From: Leptonemataceae bacterium
GTDB lineage: Bacteria > Spirochaetota > Leptospiria > Leptospirales > Leptonemataceae
Length of the DNA stretch: 64,000 nt
Reading direction: 5' to 3'
Assembly (NCBI GenBank): GCA_965227295.1
Contig: OZ245742.1
Coordinates: 3,488,001 to 3,552,000 of the forward strand
In this document: positions 57,092 through 64,000 of the stretch, one piece after another
Layout: every line of letters begins with the position of its first letter
Numbering within the stretch: the stretch's first letter is position 1
Notes under the pieces: generated by a model
What the model was told of the DNA's origin: nothing
Database searches by the model: none
What the model saw: only the letters and a program-made list of their open reading frames with translations
Translations under genes and position numbers: made by a program

Positions 57092-58324
57092 ATGACCCCG
57101 GAAAAAACCGACCAAAATCGCATTCTAAACTCCCGGCCGGCCTTCCGTTCCTTTCGGTTGCGATTCTTCCTCGCCTTGCTTCCTGTCTTTGTGGCCTCTT
57201 ATATTATGGGCGCGGTCTCGCTGGCGGCCGAAGAGGACGATCACGGCGATCACCCTGCTGTCGAAAGTCACACCGAAGAGCACGGCGGCACGCACGACGA
57301 ACACGCCGGTGATCACGGCAAAAGCAAAGGGTTCGACTTCGTAGCGAAGCTTGAGCACCACCTCAACGACTCGGTTATTTTCGAGTGGAATATCGGCGGC
57401 ACGAAAGTGCGTCCGGGCGAAGAGGGCTACAAAACGCCGGCGTTCACCCGGCGCTATACCTTCAAGGATGCCGAAGGCCTCTATCGTTACGACGGCGGCC
57501 TGCCCATGCACATCACGCGCCGTGTTATGATGATGATCATCGTCGGCACGTTGCTTACCGTCATTTTGATTCTCATCGCCCGCCGCATCGCGAAAAACCC
57601 GTATCGGGTCAACGGCCGCGCGGCGAGCATGATCGAAGCCGCGGTCCTGTGGATTCGCAAAGACCTCGTCGAAGAAGGCATGCACTCTCACGGCAAGGGC
57701 TTCGAACATCTGATCCTTTCGCTATTCTTCTTTATCTTCGCGCTGAACCTGGCCGGGCTGTTTCCGCCCATCGGCGAAGGCGTGAACAAGATCTACGAGG
57801 CCGTGACGCACACGCATCACGACAACCATTCGGCGGGTAGCACCGAGGCTCCACTCATTGCAGTGTGGCCTGGTATCACCGCCACCGGCGACATCGGCGT
57901 AACCCTGCCGCTCGCGCTTATGACGACGCTGCTGATGTGGATCACGGGCTTTCGTTATCAGGGCTTTAAGTTTCTGTGGCACTCGGTGCCCAATGGCGTG
58001 CCTGTCGCTTTGTATCCCATCATGTGGCCGCTGGAATTCATCATCAGCCCCGTCGCCAAAGGTTTCGCTCTCACCATTCGTCTGCTCGCGAACATGACCG
58101 GCGGTCACGTCATCCTGCTGGCCCTGGTTGGTTTCATCTTCCAGGCGAAGGCTCTGTGGTTCGGCGGCCCCATCGGTATCGTCGGCGGTGCCGGTATTAC
58201 GCTGGCCTCCGTGGCAGGCTCGGTTGCCATTTACTTTCTCGAAATTCTGGTCGCCTTTTTACAGGCGTTTATCTTTGCCATGCTGTCGTCGCTGTTTATC
58301 GGCAGTGTGATGCACCGTCACTGA
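57092..58324 (+). CDS. atpB: ATP synthase Fo subunit a with N-terminal extension
   Basis: ALTIRLLANMTGGH, LEILVAFLQAFIF. Confidence 0.96.
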   Translation: MTPEKTDQNRILNSRPAFRSFRLRFFLALLPVFVASYIMGAVSLAAEEDDHGDHPAVESHTEEHGGTHDEHAGDHGKSKGFDFVAKLEHHLNDSVIFEWNIGGTKVRPGEEGYKTPAFTRRYTFKDAEGLYRYDGGLPMHITRRVMMMIIVGTLLTVILILIARRIAKNPYRVNGRAASMIEAAVLWIRKDLVEEGMHSHGKGFEHLILSLFFFIFALNLAGLFPPIGEGVNKIYEAVTHTHHDNHSAGSTEAPLIAVWPGITATGDIGVTLPLALMTTLLMWITGFRYQGFKFLWHSVPNGVPVALYPIMWPLEFIISPVAKGFALTIRLLANMTGGHVILLALVGFIFQAKALWFGGPIGIVGGAGITLASVAGSVAIYFLEILVAFLQAFIFAMLSSLFIGSVMHRH

Positions 58325-58396
58325 GGGACGGAGTTACAACTGATCTCAAATATTACGTTTCTTGCTATTGTTAACGGATATACAACGGAGGATTGA

Positions 58397-58678
58397 ATGA
58401 TCGCTTTAGCATTCGTAGGTATCGGCGTAGGCGCCGGTCTGGTTATCATCGGCGCTGCCATGGGCATCGGCCGTATCGGCGGTTCCGCAGTTGAGGGCAT
58501 GAGCCGTCAGCCGGAAGCAGCCGGTCCGATTCAGACCGCCATGATTATTACGGCGGCCCTGATCGAGGGTGCGGCTCTGTTCGCCCTGGTGATCATCCTG
58601 CTGTCCGGTCTGAACTTCACCCCCGATCTGATCGAGAAGTTCGCACCGCAACCGGCAGCGACCGAAGCAGCCGAGTAA
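58397..58678 (+). CDS. atpE: ATP synthase Fo subunit c (H+-type motif)
   Basis: GxGxGxG, RQPEA loop, ALIEG; GGAGG RBS. Confidence 0.97.
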   Translation: MIALAFVGIGVGAGLVIIGAAMGIGRIGGSAVEGMSRQPEAAGPIQTAMIITAALIEGAALFALVIILLSGLNFTPDLIEKFAPQPAATEAAE

Positions 58679-58851
58679 GGTTTTTTACCTCCGTGTTCGG
58701 GTTCTGCGCGGTTGCGCAGCGCCCGGAACGGATGGTGTGTTACGCTTTCCCGTACGTTCCGCGTGCGGCCTGTCTTTCTCCGGAGTTCCGATCGCATCGG
58801 TAGGTCGGCGTAAAGGCAGCACGAGAGCATAGACTTCAGGAGATTTTTGAT

Positions 58852-59379
58852 ATGATGCTTGAGTTTCTGGCAGAAGGCGGTGGAATTGCGCTGCTCGACG
58901 TGAATCCCGGCCTGGTCATCTGGACCTTTATCATCTTTGGCCTGGTGGTGTTTATTCTGCGCAAGTTCGCGTGGAACCCCATCGCGAATGCGCTGGATTC
59001 CCGGGCGCAGAAGATTCACGAGGACATCGACCGCGCGGAAAAGCTGCGTAAAGATGCCGAGGCCAGGCTGAACGAGTATCTCGATAAGCTGAACGGTCTG
59101 CGAGAAGAAGGACAGGAGATTGTCGCCGAGGCTCGCAAAGACGCGGACGCTCTGAAGAGTGAAATCCTCGGCGCCGCGAAGAAAGAGGCCGAAGAGCTCA
59201 AGAACCGCGCTCTCCGGGAAGTCAACCTGGCGCGGGAGCACGCCCTCGAAGACATCTCCCGGCAGGTCACGGAACTCTCGATCGCGGTGGCCGCGCAGAT
59301 TCTCGAACGGGATCTGAAGGCCGAGGATCATCAGAAGATCATCAACGAAACCGTACAGAAGATGCGGAGCATGAACTGA
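58852..59379 (+). CDS. atpF: ATP synthase Fo subunit b
   Basis: PGLVIWT..F..LRKFAW.PI..ALD.R...I followed by a coiled coil. Confidence 0.95.
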   Translation: MMLEFLAEGGGIALLDVNPGLVIWTFIIFGLVVFILRKFAWNPIANALDSRAQKIHEDIDRAEKLRKDAEARLNEYLDKLNGLREEGQEIVAEARKDADALKSEILGAAKKEAEELKNRALREVNLAREHALEDISRQVTELSIAVAAQILERDLKAEDHQKIINETVQKMRSMN

Positions 59380-59389
59380 GTTATCCCTT

Positions 59390-59962
59390 ATGCTGTTGAA
59401 TGCAAAGATAGCAACGGTCTACGCGGAAGCGCTCCTTGAGCTGGCCATGGACGCCGGCTCCCTGGAGGACGTGGAGCAGGAACTGAACGGGGTTACCCGG
59501 GTCGTGGCCGGGGACGAGTCCGTGTGGACATTCTTTCGTTCTCCGGTGGTGGACATCGAAGCGAAGGAAAAGGTCCTCGAAACGTCGCTGAAGCCCGCGC
59601 TCTCGAAGACGCTCTACAATTTCATGGGGGTCCTCGTGCGGCGCCGTCGCATGCAGGAGCTGCCCGCCATCGCGGACATCTTTCACAAGCTCGCGAACGA
59701 AAAACTCGGTCGGCGCGAGGTATTCGTATATTCCGCAACGGCACTTACGGACGAACAGGAAAAGGCCCTCTACGAAGCCGTGCAGAGCTACTTCCACCTC
59801 AAGGTTGTTATGGAAACCCAGGTTCGTGAGGATCTCATCGGCGGCCTGGTCATTCGTTCCAACGACACCGTATTCGACACCAGCATTCGCAGCCGGCTCC
59901 GGCGCATCAAACAACGACTGAAAGATCGCAAGATCACGGGCGAGGCATACTATGAAAATTAA
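59390..59962 (+). CDS. atpH: ATP synthase F1 subunit delta
   Basis: [22 protein letters not shown]. Confidence 0.95.
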   Translation: MLLNAKIATVYAEALLELAMDAGSLEDVEQELNGVTRVVAGDESVWTFFRSPVVDIEAKEKVLETSLKPALSKTLYNFMGVLVRRRRMQELPAIADIFHKLANEKLGRREVFVYSATALTDEQEKALYEAVQSYFHLKVVMETQVREDLIGGLVIRSNDTVFDTSIRSRLRRIKQRLKDRKITGEAYYEN

Positions 59963-61487
59963 AACCGACGAAATTACCAGTGTACTCAAGAAAGAGATAT
60001 CCTCGTTTCAGGAGAAGATGGACCTCGCCGAGGTCGGCGAAGTCCTCGCCGTAGGGGACGGCATCGCCCGGGTCTACGGTCTCGACAACGTAATGTTCAA
60101 CGAGATGGTGGAGTTCGAGGACGGAACCCTCGGCCTGGCCTTCAACCTGGAAGAAAGCTCCGTGGGCGTGGTGGTTCTCGGCGAGTATGTGCAACTCCGG
60201 GAAGGCATGCAGGTCAAACGCCTCGGCCGCGTTCTCGAAGTTCCGGTGGGCGAAGCGCTCCTCGGCCGCATCGTTGATCCCATGGGTCGTCCGGTGGACG
60301 GCAAAGGCCCGCTCAATACCAGCGAAACCCGCCCCATGGAAATCATCGCTCCCGGCATCGCGAAACGCAAGCCGGTCCACGAGCCGATGCAAACCGGTAT
60401 CAAGGCCATTGACTCCATGATCCCGGTTGGTCGCGGCCAGCGCGAGTTGATCATCGGCGACCGTGGTACCGGTAAGACCGCTATCGCCGTCGACACGATC
60501 ATCAATCAGAAAGGCCAGGACGTAATCTGCGTCTATGTGGCCATCGGTCAGAAATCATCCAACGTCGTCGCCCTCTACGAACGCCTGCAGGAACTCGGCT
60601 GCATGGACTACACCATCTTCGTAGCTGCTTCCGCTTCGGACCCGGCACCGCTGCAATACCTGGCGCCCTATGCCGGCTGCGCGATGGCGGAATACTTCAT
60701 GTATTCGAAGAAAAAAGCGACGCTCGTTGTTTACGATGACCTCAGCAAGCAGGCCAACGCCTACCGGCAGATGTCACTGCTCCTGCGCCGTCCGCCGGGC
60801 CGCGAAGCATATCCCGGCGACGTCTTCTATCTGCACAGCCGCCTGCTCGAACGGGCCGTAAAACTCAATGATGCGATGGGTGCCGGTTCTTTGACGGCCC
60901 TGCCGATCATCGAGACCCAGGAAGGTGAGGTTTCCGCTTATATTCCGACCAACGTTATTTCCATTACCGACGGTCAGATCTTCCTCCAGCCGAACCTGTT
61001 CGCGTCCGGCCAGCGTCCCGCCGTGGACGTGGGCATCTCCGTTTCGCGGGTGGGTGGTTCGGCCCAGATCAAGGCCATGAAGTCCGTCGCCGGTAAGTTG
61101 AAGCTCGACCTCGCGCAGTTCCGCGAACTCGAAGCCTTTGCTCAGCTCGGCACCGAACTCGACGCCGCCACCCAGGCCCAGCTCGATCGCGGTTACCGCG
61201 TTCTTGAGATCCTGAAGCAGGGCGAGGGCGAGCCGTGGAAAGTCGAGGAGCAGGTGGTTTCTATCTTCGCCGTAGCCCGCGGCCTCATGGACAAAATCGA
61301 AATCGAGCGGGTTTCCGAGTTCGAAGTCGCGCTCATCAATCACATGCGGAATTCGCACCCGGAACTCCTGAAGGGCATCGTCGAATCGAAAAAGATCGAG
61401 GACGAGGGCACCCTCGAACGCACCATCAAGGACTTCGCCGAAGCCTTTATTTCCGGCAAAGCGGCTGAGGTCCGCAGCCACGCCTGA
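59952..61487 (+). CDS. atpA: ATP synthase F1 subunit alpha
   Basis: [28 protein letters not shown]. Confidence 0.99.
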   Translation: MKIKTDEITSVLKKEISSFQEKMDLAEVGEVLAVGDGIARVYGLDNVMFNEMVEFEDGTLGLAFNLEESSVGVVVLGEYVQLREGMQVKRLGRVLEVPVGEALLGRIVDPMGRPVDGKGPLNTSETRPMEIIAPGIAKRKPVHEPMQTGIKAIDSMIPVGRGQRELIIGDRGTGKTAIAVDTIINQKGQDVICVYVAIGQKSSNVVALYERLQELGCMDYTIFVAASASDPAPLQYLAPYAGCAMAEYFMYSKKKATLVVYDDLSKQANAYRQMSLLLRRPPGREAYPGDVFYLHSRLLERAVKLNDAMGAGSLTALPIIETQEGEVSAYIPTNVISITDGQIFLQPNLFASGQRPAVDVGISVSRVGGSAQIKAMKSVAGKLKLDLAQFRELEAFAQLGTELDAATQAQLDRGYRVLEILKQGEGEPWKVEEQVVSIFAVARGLMDKIEIERVSEFEVALINHMRNSHPELLKGIVESKKIEDEGTLERTIKDFAEAFISGKAAEVRSHA

Positions 61488-61527
61488 TCCGGCGTAACAG
61501 CGAATCAAGGGAAGTTAGCAGGAACTT

Positions 61528-62436
61528 ATGGCCGGCGCGAAGATCATCAAAAAACGGATCTCATCCGTAAAGAACACGCGGAAGATTACGCGAACCATGG
61601 AAATGGTTTCCACCGCGAAGTCGAAGAAACTCATCGACCGCGTCAACGAAGCGAAGCCCTACGGTGACAAGCTGCGGGAGATCATGGAGTCCCTGGCGGG
61701 GCAGGGCGGCAACGTCGACTCGCCGTACCTCCGCGTGGAAGATCATCCGAAGCGCGTCGCCCTCGTTGTCGTCACGGCGAACCGCGGTCTGTGCGGCGGC
61801 TACAACGCCAACGTGCAGCGGATGGCGCGCCAGTACTACGTCAAACTCACGGAGCAGGGGAAGAACGTGGACGTTTTCATGATCGGCAAGAAAGGGCAGT
61901 CCTTCTTTCGATTCATGAAGGTTCCCATGAAGGAAACCTACCTTGAGTTCGACGACACGTTCACCTACGACCACGCTGACGCTCTGGCGACCATGCTCAT
62001 GCGTGATTTCGCGGGAAGTAAATATGACCGTGTGGAGATCGTTTCAACGATCTACTACAGTGCCGGTTCGCAAAAGCCCGGAATCACGCAACTGCTGCCC
62101 GTGGGCCTTGGTGAAAGCGAGAGCACGGACGACGCCGAAGAAGCGACCCAGGTAAAGGCCGACCCGGATGTGGCGGCCGGCGGTCCGGTCCTCTACGAAC
62201 CCGAGCCGGCCATCATCGCCGAGAAGATGATCCCCCTGGCCATAAAAACGACATTGTATCGCATGTTACTGGAAGCGGTGGCGTCGGAGCAGATAGCCCG
62301 CCGCATCGCAATGAAAAACGCCACCGACGCCGCCGGCGAGATGGTGAAACAACTGACGCGAACCTACAACCGGGCGCGCCAGGCCGGGATTACGCAGGAG
62401 ATTCTGGAAATCGTGGGCGGCGCGGACGCCCTCTAA
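61528..62436 (+). CDS. atpG: ATP synthase F1 subunit gamma
   Basis: KITRTMEMV, RGLCGGYN, RARQAGITQEILEI. Confidence 0.99.
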   Translation: MAGAKIIKKRISSVKNTRKITRTMEMVSTAKSKKLIDRVNEAKPYGDKLREIMESLAGQGGNVDSPYLRVEDHPKRVALVVVTANRGLCGGYNANVQRMARQYYVKLTEQGKNVDVFMIGKKGQSFFRFMKVPMKETYLEFDDTFTYDHADALATMLMRDFAGSKYDRVEIVSTIYYSAGSQKPGITQLLPVGLGESESTDDAEEATQVKADPDVAAGGPVLYEPEPAIIAEKMIPLAIKTTLYRMLLEAVASEQIARRIAMKNATDAAGEMVKQLTRTYNRARQAGITQEILEIVGGADAL

Positions 62437-62457
62437 GCGCAGACGAGCGCAACTTAA

Positions 62458-63900
<1,443 letters not shown>

Positions 63901-63902
63901 GC

Positions 63903-64000
63903 ATGGCAAGCCGGACCCAGCAACTCAGCGTTGTTACCCCGTCGAAGTTACTCTACGAGGGCGAGGTAACGGCCGTGCAGATTCCCCTCCACGACGGTCT
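63903..64000 (+). CDS. atpC: ATP synthase F1 subunit epsilon, 5' part (truncated by the window)
   Basis: MASRTQQLSVVTPSKLLYEGEVTAVQIPLHDG directly after atpD. Confidence 0.9.
   Translation, partial: MASRTQQLSVVTPSKLLYEGEVTAVQIPLHDG

Noticed and set aside
58397..58678. Na+-translocating or N-type ATPase
   Set aside because: Subunit c has IEG rather than the Q..ES/T Na+ signature, and gene order is the standard B-E-F-H-A-G-D-C

Overview
GC-rich bacterial chromosomal segment. Gene content (lepB directly upstream of the atp operon, 7TM-DISM SpoIIE phosphatase, FapA/DUF342, PilZ, many lipoproteins, tRNA-Ile/Ala unlinked from rRNA genes) suggests a free-living spirochaete of the Leptospirales; this is an inference. 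Mostly housekeeping genes: M16 peptidase pair, prlC, tldD/pmbA, acetoacetate-CoA ligase, htpX, carbonic anhydrase, hemB, hisI, aroA, rel/spoT, lepB, and an F1Fo atp operon running off the right end. No CRISPR array, prophage or transposase was seen. Most interesting signals: (1) a convergent porin / FMN-binding protein / paired His-containing membrane protein / glutaredoxin-lipoprotein cluster whose two upstream regions share a near-identical Fur-box-like 16-mer (candidate iron-regulated extracytoplasmic electron-transfer or uptake system); (2) three separate families of structured non-coding repeats, one folding into hairpins that all carry C-GNA-G triloops (an ssDNA signature); (3) a 1464-aa protein with a histone-like tail, GAF, giant coiled coil, GAF and HATPase; (4) two degenerate class III cyclase-like genes with partly complementary catalytic residues; (5) a secreted amidohydrolase with tandem 4-Cys repeats plus a possible dedicated chaperone; (6) a tRNA-Ile whose leader and trailer pair and sequester its CCA. 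All calls come from reading motifs by eye; no database searches were run.
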